A stretch of 64,000 bases of DNA from a bacterium (GCA_963676395.1 OY781066.1:1312001-1376000); one strand, 5' to 3'. Shown: positions 19,463 to 30,261, counted from the first letter of the stretch. Notes: a model not told the origin generated them from the letters alone. Program-made: numbers and translations.

Positions 19463-20056
19463 ATGAAAAGCATAGTATTAGCGACACATAACAGAGACAA
19501 GATAAGAGAATTTAAAAGTAAATTAGGCTCTTCTATTGAGCTTAAAACTCTTGAAGATTATCCCGATTTACCGGATGTGATTGAGGACGGTGATACGCTA
19601 GAATATAATGCTTTTAAAAAAGCTCGAGAGATTCATGAATATACCGGTTTGCCGACAGTGGCTGATGACACCGGTTTAGAGGTGGATGCATTAAATGGAG
19701 CCCCTGGCGTATATTCTTCCCGATTTGCAGGTGAAGATGTAACATATCAAGATAATGTCTTGAAGTTATTAAAAGAATTAAAAGGCATTAAAACGGAACA
19801 TCGTAGCGCGAGATTCCGTACAAAAATCGCCTTTGTTGATACTAATGAATCCTGGTGCGTAGAAGGTTCTGTAGAAGGACGCATTCTTGAAGAACAAAGG
19901 GGCGAAGATGGATTTGGATATGATCCGGTATTCTATTATGAACAACTGGGTAAAACCTTTTCCGAACTCGATTTAAAAGCAAAGAATAAGATAAGCCATA
20001 GAGCTAAGGCTATCGAGGCCTTTATTGGTAAAATGAAAGAACTTCAACATATTTAA
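19463..20056 (+). CDS. rdgB: Non-canonical purine NTP pyrophosphatase (Ham1 family)
   Basis: LATHN..K, ADDTGL, GAPGVYS, GFGYDPVF, KNKISHR. Confidence 0.95.
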   Translation: MKSIVLATHNRDKIREFKSKLGSSIELKTLEDYPDLPDVIEDGDTLEYNAFKKAREIHEYTGLPTVADDTGLEVDALNGAPGVYSSRFAGEDVTYQDNVLKLLKELKGIKTEHRSARFRTKIAFVDTNESWCVEGSVEGRILEEQRGEDGFGYDPVFYYEQLGKTFSELDLKAKNKISHRAKAIEAFIGKMKELQHI

Positions 20057-20098
20057 AACTGAGGTGTTGCCCGGACCAACTTGTTAAAGAATTGATGT

Positions 20099-23000
20099 TT
20101 GAATGAAATTGAGGCAGATATTAAAACAGCGAAACTGAAGCCGCGTATTATTCTTGGTCTGGTCACGATCATTATCGCTTCTCTGATATATGGAGAAAGC
20201 GAAACATATTCTACCCGTTTTACCTACGAGTTCCATATTCCCGGATTAATCAATACCTTCATGCCAAAACCTACCGGTTTTTCAAGAGCTTATCATCAAC
20301 CTATGGCTCCCTTGTCCGTAAATTTTCCCTCTTGGTTTAAGGCCGTGAAGATTGAACATAATACTGCAGATTCAGGACGTGTTTTGGTGGTGTCGGAGAA
20401 CTTGGGAAAAGATTATTTACAAGCACCACGTTATATTCCATTTGAAGATTATTTTGTTTTTAAAAAAAGCTATAATCTTGATAATCTCTGGTATAACAGT
20501 GTTGCCATGACCGATTCGACCTACTTTGAAAAATTAAAAGAAAAGAACTCAAATGGTAATTCTTCTCTTGAGATCATTGGAGCGGATATCGCCGGACAGA
20601 GAGTCGCTTTGAGAATTCGGGGGCAGATCTCTATTACAGGTAAATACAATCAACAAAACAACTCTATTGTTTCTGCCAATATGTCTAATGAGCAAAAGAA
20701 TTTCTTATTAGATCAAACGCAACAGTTTACGATAGAAGGAACGATCGGGGATAGGGTTACTATTTCTATTGATGAAGATTCAGAACGTGATTTTCAGTTT
20801 GAAAATGCTATCAAGATTAAATATACAGGCAAAGAAGATGAAATCATTCAAAGCGCAAATTTTGGAAATATTGGTTTATCTCTTCCCGGAACTCAGTATG
20901 TGACGGGTTCATCTTCATCAACGGGTCTTTTTGGTGGAAAAGCTGTGATGAAATTTGGCCCCGTGGATGTTACAGCCATTGCATCATATGAAAAGAAGGA
21001 CAGCAAGAAAAAATCCTGGGGGGGTGGTTCTTCGGATGGCGGTGGATCGAGTGTTAAGATATACGCATATGAATATAAACGAAATACTTATTATTATATT
21101 GATGAAGTCTATCGCGATAACATGTATCCTTTGGATCCTGCAACCGGTAACTTTATTGGACATGGTGATGATATTGTGATAGAATATCAGTTGTATGTTT
21201 CATGTAGTGAAACAGACGATGATAGAAAGAAGGCTGTTGCTTACGTTGATATAGCATCGGATGGAACAAACACAAGAGTAAGTGAGCATCCGGAAGAAGA
21301 TGTTCCTGCAGCTATTTACTTTAAACAACTAAAAAAAACCAGCGACACAAATCTCTACGGTGAATATGAATTGAACGAAAACCTTGGTTATATTAGATTG
21401 AACCTCGGTTTGGCAGATCATCAAATTCTTGCGATAGCATATAAAACAAAGGATGGGAAAGTCTATGGTGATCTTTCTTCAGGCAAATATTTAAAGATTA
21501 TTAAAGCTGAGAATCCCAAACCATCATATAAGACTTGGGATCTTGAAATGAAAAATATTTATGATCTTAAGGCTAGGAATATTGATGAAGAAGGGTTTGA
21601 TTTAAAAATATTTTATAGTGGTGAAAATCAACCAAAAGAATATGATTCTAAGGGTCTTTCATACCTTAGTACGTTTGGATTGGATGAATTTAAACAAAAT
21701 GGCTCCATGGGAAGTGATGGAAAGATCGATATAATACCCAATATTGTTAATTTAAGTAAGGGTGAATTATGGTTCCCCTTCGCTCGCCCTTTTGATGCTG
21801 CACCCGAAGGTGAATTTGGAACGGGAGTTTACAACGACAGTTTGGATGTTACCGGTGAATCGGATAAGCCTTCTGTCGAAGAAATTTATAACCTATCCTA
21901 TACTGACCCTTTAAGAAAAAATAAAGATTATTATATTGAGGTGAAATATTCCAATCGTTCTTCTACGATTGATCTTGGAGAAATGTTTATTATTGAAAAT
22001 AGTGAAGAGGTCAGGGTAAATGGCAAAAAGATGACCAAAGGTTCCGATTATGATATTGATTATTTTTCCGGTTTGATCACTTTGAAAAGTGAAGCAGCCC
22101 TTGATGCGAACGCTAAAATCGATATTAACTATGAGACGGAGCAGTTGTTTGGTGGTATCGGCGAGCAAAAATTTATGACCGGTGCAAGAGCAGAGTATAG
22201 AATTAATGAAAATGCCTTTATCGGTGCGACCATGATGTACTATAATCGCTCTGTCCTTGATGATAAAAATGTAAATATTGGGGATGAACCATTCCATAAC
22301 TTTATTTGGGATGTTAACGGTGAATTTCAATATGACCTCAATTGGCTCGACCGGGCAATGAATGCGCTTCCTTTTGTTCGCATTAAAAAAGCCAGTCAAA
22401 TCAAAGTTAATGGTGAGATCGCACAAATTTTGCCGAATCCAAATACCATTGACAATGAAGAAAGTGGAGACTTTAATGGTGTTGCAAAGCTAGACGATTT
22501 TGAGTCTGCTTCTCAAGAAACACCAATGAATATTTCGTTTACAAAGTGGACACATGCTTCTAAACCTAAGAATACATTTTTCTCTTCAACTTTTTCAGAA
22601 AGAGGTTTTTTATTTTGGTATAACCCTTTTAGTGTATCCAATAGTGGCAAAAGTCGTATCGATGCCACACTTACGCAGGATATTTGGCCGCAAAAAGATA
22701 TTACTGAGTCTGAGAGATATACCAGTGTACTGAATTTGGTTCTAGACCCCGAAGTAAACGGTATTACCGGCTTGGAAACACAATCGGATCCCCGCCAGAT
22801 ATGGGGTGGTGTGATGCAGCCTGTTTACATGTATGATCAAAGTAATAGTAAGTATATTGAGCTATGGGTTAAGGGCGAGAACGGGCAATTGCAGATTGAT
22901 ATCGGTGAGATCACCGAAGATTGGTATAATAAAAACTATGATGTAAATAATCCCGATACCGAATATGGTGATGGCGAAAAGAACTACGAGGATAAAGATA

Positions 23001-26000
23001 ATAACGGTATTCTTAATGACAATGAAGATACCGGTATTAATGGTTATACTGATGCCGAGGAGCAAGCCCGTGGTTGGGATCCCATGATTGATAACTTTGA
23101 TAAAGACGCATATAAAACCGCCTCTGATTTCAGATGGAGTAATGGATCTGAAGGTAATGCCGGTAAAGAGGGTATTCAAACTTATCCTGAGAGCGAAGAT
23201 ATTGATCGTGATGGCAAATTGGATCAAGCGGACAGTTATTATTCTTATACTTTGGATCTTTCTTCAGAAGAATGGCTGAAATCAAGAAGCGTTTATAACA
23301 ATGGCCGAGAAACCGGTTGGAAAAAATATAGCATTCCTCTAACTGCGATGGTTGACTCCGTAGGGTCGCCTTCGTTTTCATCAGTTCGTATGTTAAGAAT
23401 GAGTGTGTTTGGTATGGAAGAGCAGGATACCCTGCAGTTTGCATCCATTTCTATTGTTGGAAATGAGTGGCTGGAAGAGGGACTTGCAGATGCCGGTTCC
23501 GATATATTTATGCCTGATGATGATCGTTTTTCAATCACAGTTAAAAACACTACTGAGGATGCAGATTATAAGTCACCTCCCGGAGTAACAGGAAGAACTC
23601 AGGTAGGCGGTATTGGAACGGAAACAATTACCGAAAAAGAACAATCACTTGTGCTTAAATTGAAAGAATTTGAGCCTGGCGAAACGGCTTTAGCGCAGAA
23701 GATCATGCTTGAGGGTGAATCATTGCTTATGTATAAGCAGCTGAAAATGTTTGTTCATGGTCCCCGAAATATCACAAATGATGAAGCACGTATCAATTTG
23801 TTTTTACGTATCGGTCGCGGTGATATGAGCAATTATTATGAAGCTGTTACTGAGGTATATCCGGAATGGGATGATCGAAATCATATTGAGATGATCTTTG
23901 AGGTTATTACCGGGTTGAAAAATAGAGTCGTATTTGATAATGAAGAATATTTTTCTTACGCTAAAGGATATATAAAAGAGTATAGACCAAAAGATCCGCT
24001 TACCGGTGAATATACGGGAAAGATTTTTCGTGTTGTGGGAGATCCGACTTTATCAAGAATTGAAAAAATGCAAATTGGTGTGATCAATGTCTCCGATGAG
24101 ATATATGAAGGAGATATCTGGGTGGACGAATTGCGTGTGGTTTCTTCGAATAATGATCCCGGTATGGCTATGCGTGGAAATTTTGATTTTCTGTTGGGAA
24201 ATTTTGTTAAATTCAATATGAATGCAAGTAAAAAAGATGCTGATTTTCATCAGGTTAACCAGCAAATGTCTACCGGTACGAAAACTTCTGAGGAGTATAA
24301 CATGACCATGACCATGAGATTGCACGAGCTTTTCCCTCATTCATGGCGAATTACCATGCCTATTACACTTCATCAAAGAAAAACTAAAGGGACACCGAAG
24401 TATTTTCCCGGTTCTGATATTTTATTGGATGATAACCCACCTGATTCATTGATCTCTACATTAAAGAGTCAGTCATTAAGAACCTCGTTTGCGCGAAGTT
24501 CAAATTCAAATGATCCTTTTGTGGCGAAGTATCTTATTAATCCAATAAAAGTAAGTGCAACACTTTCAAAGACCAAAACAACAGATCTTGAAACTAAAGA
24601 TAAGGAAGAATCAAAATTTACTTCAATTTTTAATTATGATGTATCTATACCTGAGGGCGAAGGCATTTCTTATCTTGCTTGGATACCCTTCCTGGGTGAC
24701 GAGGCCAAAGATCAAAAATTCTATTGGAAGCCTAGCTCCTTTAAATGGAAAATGTCGGTAACACAGGATGAAAAAGAATGGATAACTCGATCTACCTTGG
24801 ATACCAATAATACATATTCTTTTTATATGAGCAAGGAGATGTCATTTGCATATAAGCCATTTACTTCGATGAGTTTTACTTATAGCAGGAGCTCAAAATC
24901 TGATCTTGAAGATTATCGAGATAATATTTCCGATTTATTTTCTGAAATATCCTATGACAGCTTGATGAACGGAGTCAATGTCGGAGCCGTTACAAGCATG
25001 AATGAAGCTGTTAATTTTAATTATTCTCCGACACTTACAAAATGGTTAAGACCTAATTTCAAATATTCTTCAAAGTACAGATATAGCTTCAGAAAAGAAC
25101 AATTGTCTGCAAATATTGGAGTTAGCCGTGAAATATCGGGTAACGTCTCGTTGACATTGAAGACTATTTTGGAAAGTATTGAAAAAAGTCAAAAGAAGCG
25201 AAAGGCGAATCGTCTACAAAGATCTATGGCTGAGCCCAATTCTAAATTTGACAAAGAAGTACAGCGCGGTGCTGATCCTGATCCAAGTTCGGCACGAGCA
25301 AAAACTTCAGCAAGCAAAAGAAGGTCACAACCCTTGAATATATCTACTTTATTGGGCCGAGTAAGTCCAATAAAATTCTCCTTCTCAAATAATCTTGTTA
25401 AAGGTAATAGCGGTGTTACCGGCAGTGATATGAGTAAGATATATAAAGATGTGGTTTACAAATATCGATACGGTTTTGTTGATTACTATACATTACCGAC
25501 TCAATCTTTTGATACTAGTATTGTTAACCCTATGACAAATGTTCTTAAAGAAAGTTATAGTATTAGCACAGGACTTCAGTTGACAAAAACATTAAAGATT
25601 CGCTCTATTTCATATAAGCAAAATACTTCAACAGGAAGAGATTACACCTATAAGACTAAATCAAACGAATTTTTTGATGAGCCCACTCATATTTTAGTTT
25701 GGGGTGATACCCTGGAATTATCGCCCTATGATTCTTCGGCAAGCCGAAACTATATTCCAATGGGGGAATCTGGAAAAGAGGGTTTCGTTGCTCCGGATTA
25801 TTCATTGGAGTGGTCAATTACCCCCAGCCAAATTTCATGGTTGAAAAACCGTGTTGATTTTATTCGAAAGATATCTTTCTCACATAAATTATCAAGTAAA
25901 GAAACGATACGTTATCAACAAAAAACCGATAAGTTTCCCTATTACATGGAAGTTGCATCGGCATCATATACATTGAATTTTTCACCGTTGATCAAGGTTG

Positions 26001-26488
26001 GATTTACATTTAAGAATAAAATGACCGCAAATTTCTCTTTTAATAAATCAATTAAATATGATCACCGGGGTGACTCTGAACTGGATTATTTAAATACAAG
26101 TATTACTAAAAATAATCAAGACAATATAACTTTCAATATGAGCTATAGTTACAATAAGGGTATTAGTATTCCGACACCTTTCTTAAAGAATATGGAAGTG
26201 CTGAACCTAGATAATGATATGACTTTCACTTTACAGGGTAAATATGGTTTTAGTAAGAAAGTGATTAAAGAATTCAATTCTATGGAGTTCTCGTCCCCCA
26301 AGGATCATCGTATTAATTGGGAAATTGAACCAAAATTAAGATACAGTTTCAGTAAAAATATTGATGGTACTTTGTTTTTTAAGTATGGGCAAAGGATTAA
26401 TCTGAATCAACAAACCGAAGATGGCGATACCGCTTTGGACGATTATAAAGATTTTGGTTTGACTGTGACGATTAAAATTAGAGGATAA
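20099..26488 (+). CDS. sprA: T9SS outer-membrane translocon SprA/Sov homolog
   Basis: 2129 aa; signal-like N-terminus; GTIGDRV, IKYTGKEDEIIQ, LFGGK, WDLEMKNIY, DYDIDY..G, KLKMFVHG, WVDELRV motifs; long beta-rich C-terminus. Confidence 0.8.
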   Translation: MNEIEADIKTAKLKPRIILGLVTIIIASLIYGESETYSTRFTYEFHIPGLINTFMPKPTGFSRAYHQPMAPLSVNFPSWFKAVKIEHNTADSGRVLVVSENLGKDYLQAPRYIPFEDYFVFKKSYNLDNLWYNSVAMTDSTYFEKLKEKNSNGNSSLEIIGADIAGQRVALRIRGQISITGKYNQQNNSIVSANMSNEQKNFLLDQTQQFTIEGTIGDRVTISIDEDSERDFQFENAIKIKYTGKEDEIIQSANFGNIGLSLPGTQYVTGSSSSTGLFGGKAVMKFGPVDVTAIASYEKKDSKKKSWGGGSSDGGGSSVKIYAYEYKRNTYYYIDEVYRDNMYPLDPATGNFIGHGDDIVIEYQLYVSCSETDDDRKKAVAYVDIASDGTNTRVSEHPEEDVPAAIYFKQLKKTSDTNLYGEYELNENLGYIRLNLGLADHQILAIAYKTKDGKVYGDLSSGKYLKIIKAENPKPSYKTWDLEMKNIYDLKARNIDEEGFDLKIFYSGENQPKEYDSKGLSYLSTFGLDEFKQNGSMGSDGKIDIIPNIVNLSKGELWFPFARPFDAAPEGEFGTGVYNDSLDVTGESDKPSVEEIYNLSYTDPLRKNKDYYIEVKYSNRSSTIDLGEMFIIENSEEVRVNGKKMTKGSDYDIDYFSGLITLKSEAALDANAKIDINYETEQLFGGIGEQKFMTGARAEYRINENAFIGATMMYYNRSVLDDKNVNIGDEPFHNFIWDVNGEFQYDLNWLDRAMNALPFVRIKKASQIKVNGEIAQILPNPNTIDNEESGDFNGVAKLDDFESASQETPMNISFTKWTHASKPKNTFFSSTFSERGFLFWYNPFSVSNSGKSRIDATLTQDIWPQKDITESERYTSVLNLVLDPEVNGITGLETQSDPRQIWGGVMQPVYMYDQSNSKYIELWVKGENGQLQIDIGEITEDWYNKNYDVNNPDTEYGDGEKNYEDKDNNGILNDNEDTGINGYTDAEEQARGWDPMIDNFDKDAYKTASDFRWSNGSEGNAGKEGIQTYPESEDIDRDGKLDQADSYYSYTLDLSSEEWLKSRSVYNNGRETGWKKYSIPLTAMVDSVGSPSFSSVRMLRMSVFGMEEQDTLQFASISIVGNEWLEEGLADAGSDIFMPDDDRFSITVKNTTEDADYKSPPGVTGRTQVGGIGTETITEKEQSLVLKLKEFEPGETALAQKIMLEGESLLMYKQLKMFVHGPRNITNDEARINLFLRIGRGDMSNYYEAVTEVYPEWDDRNHIEMIFEVITGLKNRVVFDNEEYFSYAKGYIKEYRPKDPLTGEYTGKIFRVVGDPTLSRIEKMQIGVINVSDEIYEGDIWVDELRVVSSNNDPGMAMRGNFDFLLGNFVKFNMNASKKDADFHQVNQQMSTGTKTSEEYNMTMTMRLHELFPHSWRITMPITLHQRKTKGTPKYFPGSDILLDDNPPDSLISTLKSQSLRTSFARSSNSNDPFVAKYLINPIKVSATLSKTKTTDLETKDKEESKFTSIFNYDVSIPEGEGISYLAWIPFLGDEAKDQKFYWKPSSFKWKMSVTQDEKEWITRSTLDTNNTYSFYMSKEMSFAYKPFTSMSFTYSRSSKSDLEDYRDNISDLFSEISYDSLMNGVNVGAVTSMNEAVNFNYSPTLTKWLRPNFKYSSKYRYSFRKEQLSANIGVSREISGNVSLTLKTILESIEKSQKKRKANRLQRSMAEPNSKFDKEVQRGADPDPSSARAKTSASKRRSQPLNISTLLGRVSPIKFSFSNNLVKGNSGVTGSDMSKIYKDVVYKYRYGFVDYYTLPTQSFDTSIVNPMTNVLKESYSISTGLQLTKTLKIRSISYKQNTSTGRDYTYKTKSNEFFDEPTHILVWGDTLELSPYDSSASRNYIPMGESGKEGFVAPDYSLEWSITPSQISWLKNRVDFIRKISFSHKLSSKETIRYQQKTDKFPYYMEVASASYTLNFSPLIKVGFTFKNKMTANFSFNKSIKYDHRGDSELDYLNTSITKNNQDNITFNMSYSYNKGISIPTPFLKNMEVLNLDNDMTFTLQGKYGFSKKVIKEFNSMEFSSPKDHRINWEIEPKLRYSFSKNIDGTLFFKYGQRINLNQQTEDGDTALDDYKDFGLTVTIKIRG

Positions 26489-26489
26489 T

Positions 26490-27389
26490 ATGAAAAAAGC
26501 AGGTATACTTTGCTTGGCTTTATTATCTCTGCTTGTTGCAGGTAAACCTGCTTTTGATTCATATAAAGCTTTTTCATATTTAGAAAAACAAGTGAAAATT
26601 GGGCCTCGATTTCCCGGTAGTGAAGGGCAAATAATATGTCGTGATTGGCTTATTGATCTATGCCGTGAACACGCCGATACTGTTATCATTCAAGAATTTC
26701 AGGCATACCGACCAGACAATAAAACCTATGTTAAAGCTTATAATGTGATTGCTCGCTTTGCTCCTGCAAAACAACAACGGGTAATGCTTAGCACACATTG
26801 GGATACACGTCCCATATCGGATATGGACAGGTTTCATTATTCCACACCTGTTCCGGGGGCAAACGATGGAGCCAGTGGTACGGCAGTTTTGCTTGAATTG
26901 CTGAGACATGTCCGGAAGCTTAGTATGCAAAAGGGGGTTGATGTTGTTTTTTGGGATGCGGAAGATATGGGAATATCAGGAAATGGAGCATATTTTTGTC
27001 AGGGGTCTGAGTTTTATGCGTATAATCCGGTATTGCCCAAACCGGAAAAGGGTATTCTTATTGATATGATTGGAGACCATGATCTGAAGATATCTATTGA
27101 AGCCAATTCCATGAAATATGCACCGGAATTGATCAATGAGGTATATTTTTTAGGCCATAGTTTGGGGTATAAGCATATTTATAAGAAAAAAGTGGGATTG
27201 GAAATATTTGATGATCATGTTCCCTTGAATTTGATTGCAAAAATTCCGACTATTGACCTTATTGATTTTTCTTATACTTATCAGGGGAAAAATCTTTGGC
27301 ACACGCCAAGGGATCTACCTAAGTTTTGCTCACCGCAAAGCTTAAAGGCTGTCGGTGATGTGTTGTTGTGCTGGTTATCAGCGCAATAA
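26490..27389 (+). CDS. M28-family zinc enzyme, glutaminyl-cyclase-like
   Basis: Signal peptide; GPRFPGS, HWDTRP, GANDGASG, DAEDMG, DMIGD, DDHVPLN, WHT..D. Confidence 0.8.
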   Translation: MKKAGILCLALLSLLVAGKPAFDSYKAFSYLEKQVKIGPRFPGSEGQIICRDWLIDLCREHADTVIIQEFQAYRPDNKTYVKAYNVIARFAPAKQQRVMLSTHWDTRPISDMDRFHYSTPVPGANDGASGTAVLLELLRHVRKLSMQKGVDVVFWDAEDMGISGNGAYFCQGSEFYAYNPVLPKPEKGILIDMIGDHDLKISIEANSMKYAPELINEVYFLGHSLGYKHIYKKKVGLEIFDDHVPLNLIAKIPTIDLIDFSYTYQGKNLWHTPRDLPKFCSPQSLKAVGDVLLCWLSAQ

Positions 27390-27441
27390 ATGCTGGACAA
27401 AAAGATAAATAAGTATTAAATTACAAAGAAGGATAAATACA

Positions 27442-28116
27442 ATGACAAAACATTATCATCTTGTAAGACACTTGGGTATTGTGAATAAAATACTGGATTG
27501 GGATGCTGCTTTTTGGGAAGCGGTAGAAAGTACCGAGGTTAATAATTTTCATGAAAGATCATCTGATTATTGTCCTAGCACTCAGGCTAAATTACAATAT
27601 GACGATGAAAATATCTATGTGATCTTTAAAGTAGTAGATAAATATATTTTGGCCGTTAATACAGAATATAATTCAAAAGTACATGAAGATTCTTGTGTTG
27701 AGTGGTTTGTAAAGCCTTACGGTTCCGAAGGATATTATAATTTTGAATTAAATGCCATTGGTACACTTCATGTGAATTATATTGTAGATCCGGAAAGAGG
27801 GGAAGATGGAAAGCGAAAAGATGTGCGCCATATTTCCCAAGAGCATTCTAAGGTAATTGAAATACAAAGCACATTTCAACATGTGATAAACAAAGAAATA
27901 CAGGATGAAGAGACCTGGTATATTGCAATGAAAATCCCGTTTACATTTTTTGAATTATATTCACCAATTAAAAAGATAAATGGCTCAATCTGGCAGGGCA
28001 ATTTATATAAATGCGGGGATAAAACCTCGCACCCGCACTGGGCGGCTTGGAGTCCTGTCATTGAACTGAATTTTCATCAACCCAAGCATTTTGGAGAGTT
28101 TATCTTCAATGACTGA
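27442..28116 (+). CDS. Carbohydrate-binding family 9-like (DOMON-like) protein
   Basis: EDSCVEWF, YYNFELNAIG, GNLYKCGD...HW..WSP...FHQP..FG pattern. Confidence 0.7.
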   Translation: MTKHYHLVRHLGIVNKILDWDAAFWEAVESTEVNNFHERSSDYCPSTQAKLQYDDENIYVIFKVVDKYILAVNTEYNSKVHEDSCVEWFVKPYGSEGYYNFELNAIGTLHVNYIVDPERGEDGKRKDVRHISQEHSKVIEIQSTFQHVINKEIQDEETWYIAMKIPFTFFELYSPIKKINGSIWQGNLYKCGDKTSHPHWAAWSPVIELNFHQPKHFGEFIFND

Positions 28117-28153
28117 TCTCCTTCCGCATGATTATTAAATTGGGAGACGAATC

Positions 28154-28951
28154 ATGAAGGGAAGCAGTAAAATGAAGTGTTTAAACACGGGAAAGTTACA
28201 CGGTACAGCGGTATTTCTTGATATTAGAAATTTTCTTGGTATATCGGGATTGCTGCAGGATGAAAAAATATGTAGTTTTGTTATTGAGGTAATGGAGCCA
28301 CTTTCAAAATGTGTTGTCAAGCACAGGGGGCGAGTTTGCCAAATACAGGGGGACGGTATTATGGCTGTATTTGATAGCAAAGAGTCACCGGGACACGCTA
28401 TTTCAGCAGTAGAATGTGCTTTAGAGATGCAAAGCATTCTTAATAAATTAAATCCAATAGACATGTCGGGTGTGCGCATTCCTCTTAAAGCAAGAATTGG
28501 TGTATGCTCGGGTGAAATGTATGCTTGTTATCTTAATGTTCAAGATCGTAAAGAATACCTTATTCTTGGAAAGAGTGTCAATCTTGCATCTCGCTATCAG
28601 AATATCAATAAGCACTACAACACAAAGATACTGGTGGATGAAACCGTCTTTACTTATATTAAACATGTGATCATTACCCGAAAGCTTGATGTTGTTAAAA
28701 TAGATGGCTGTTGTGAAGGTAAACAACTTTATGAAGTGCTTCATGATCGAAGAGAAGATGACGAGAAGCAGAGAATAAAGACACATTATGAAAAAGGCAT
28801 TATTTGTTATTTGCAAGAAAATTACGATGATGCCATTCATTGGTTTTCGGAAGTAGCCGAAGATACGGCTAGTTACCTGATGATAGAGCGATGTCGCGAG
28901 AAGAAGATCTTGAAAGATCTGAAAAAGAGCGAGACAGAGCCAAACAAATAA
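28154..28951 (+). CDS. Soluble class III nucleotide cyclase with C-terminal TPR-like helices
   Basis: FLDIRNF and GDGIMAVF metal-binding Asp residues, RIGV, VNLASR; no TM or sensor domain. Confidence 0.8.
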   Translation: MKGSSKMKCLNTGKLHGTAVFLDIRNFLGISGLLQDEKICSFVIEVMEPLSKCVVKHRGRVCQIQGDGIMAVFDSKESPGHAISAVECALEMQSILNKLNPIDMSGVRIPLKARIGVCSGEMYACYLNVQDRKEYLILGKSVNLASRYQNINKHYNTKILVDETVFTYIKHVIITRKLDVVKIDGCCEGKQLYEVLHDRREDDEKQRIKTHYEKGIICYLQENYDDAIHWFSEVAEDTASYLMIERCREKKILKDLKKSETEPNK

Positions 28952-28960
28952 GAGGTGAAC

Positions 28961-30172
28961 ATGCAATATATTTTAGCAGCTGCAGGACTTGTTGTTGGTG
29001 CGGTAATTGTTTTGAGCATATATCAAATAATTATTAAAAAGAAAAACACTCATATTGAGGATCAAAAGATAGAGTTGCTCGAAGCTCAAAATACCATTAC
29101 ACGTTTGGAAATTGAAAAAGCAGGGTTGGAGAAAGAGATAGAACGACTGGATAAGCAAGCGGCTAAAGATGAAACCTTACAAAAATCGTTGAGTGAGCGC
29201 TTTGAAAATCTGGCTAATAAGATCTTTGATGAAAAAGATAAAAAAAGTACAGATAAGATTAAATTGGTTCTGGAACCCATTGAAAAAGATATCAATCATT
29301 TTCGCAAGAAAATCGAAGATATGAATAGCGGAACCGGTGAACGCATGGCTAAACTCAGTGAGCAAATCAAAAATTTACAGGATCTAAACCGCGAGATCAC
29401 CGAAGAAACCGCGAATCTTACCAAGGCCTTGAAAGGGGATGTAAAAAAACAGGGTAACTGGGGCGAATTGATTTTAGAGCGCTTGTTGGAAATGTCTGGA
29501 CTGAGAAAAAATATTGAATATGAAACTCAAACATCTGTGACCGATGAAAACGATCGTCGTCAATTGGATGTGCTAATTAAATTACCCGAAAACAAACATT
29601 TAATTATTGACTCCAAAGTATCAATTGTTGATTATGAAAAACTTGTAAAAGCAGATGATCCTGAGGAGATCGAAAAGCATAAAAAAACACTAAGTGTTTC
29701 GATCAAGGCACATATTGACGGATTGGCATCTAAGCATTATCAAACCATCAAGGGTATTAATTCCCCCGATTACGTATTTATGTTCATTCCGATTGAAGGA
29801 GCATTTTCGTCTGTTTTAGAAGACAGCATGTCACTCTATCAATATGCTATTAATAAGAATGTGATGATCGTGAGTCCAACAACTTTATTGGCAAGTTTGC
29901 GAACTGTATCGGCATTATGGCAGCAGGAGAATCAAACCAAGAATGCTTTAGATATCGCCAGTGAAAGTGGAAAGCTTTTAGATAAATTTTCATTGTTTTA
30001 CGAAGATTTTAAAAAGATCGGGCGACAGTTGCAAACGGTACAGAATTCATTTGACGATGCCGAAAACAAACTACAGACCGGGAAAGGCTCTTTGGTAAGC
30101 CGCGCCCAAAAAATCAAACAAATGGGCGCCAAAACGAGTAAGCAATTGCCGGAGGTGGTTGAGGAACGATAA
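28961..30172 (+). CDS. rmuC: DNA recombination protein RmuC
   Basis: N-terminal TM plus coiled coil; QGNWGE, IIDSKVS, MFIPIE, SPTTL motifs. Confidence 0.93.
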   Translation: MQYILAAAGLVVGAVIVLSIYQIIIKKKNTHIEDQKIELLEAQNTITRLEIEKAGLEKEIERLDKQAAKDETLQKSLSERFENLANKIFDEKDKKSTDKIKLVLEPIEKDINHFRKKIEDMNSGTGERMAKLSEQIKNLQDLNREITEETANLTKALKGDVKKQGNWGELILERLLEMSGLRKNIEYETQTSVTDENDRRQLDVLIKLPENKHLIIDSKVSIVDYEKLVKADDPEEIEKHKKTLSVSIKAHIDGLASKHYQTIKGINSPDYVFMFIPIEGAFSSVLEDSMSLYQYAINKNVMIVSPTTLLASLRTVSALWQQENQTKNALDIASESGKLLDKFSLFYEDFKKIGRQLQTVQNSFDDAENKLQTGKGSLVSRAQKIKQMGAKTSKQLPEVVEER

Positions 30173-30223
30173 AGGATGGACCATGGGGAGCCGATATGTT
30201 TGTTCCTTATAGTACAAAAAATA

Positions 30224-30255
30224 TCAATAGCCTTGGGTTTAAATCCAGGGCTATT
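30224..30255. repeat. Dispersed palindromic repeat, copy 1
   Basis: TCAATAGCCTTGGGTTTAAATCCAGGGCTATT; 30/32 identical to the reverse complement of 49093-49124. Confidence 0.75.
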
Positions 30256-30261
30256 TATTTT

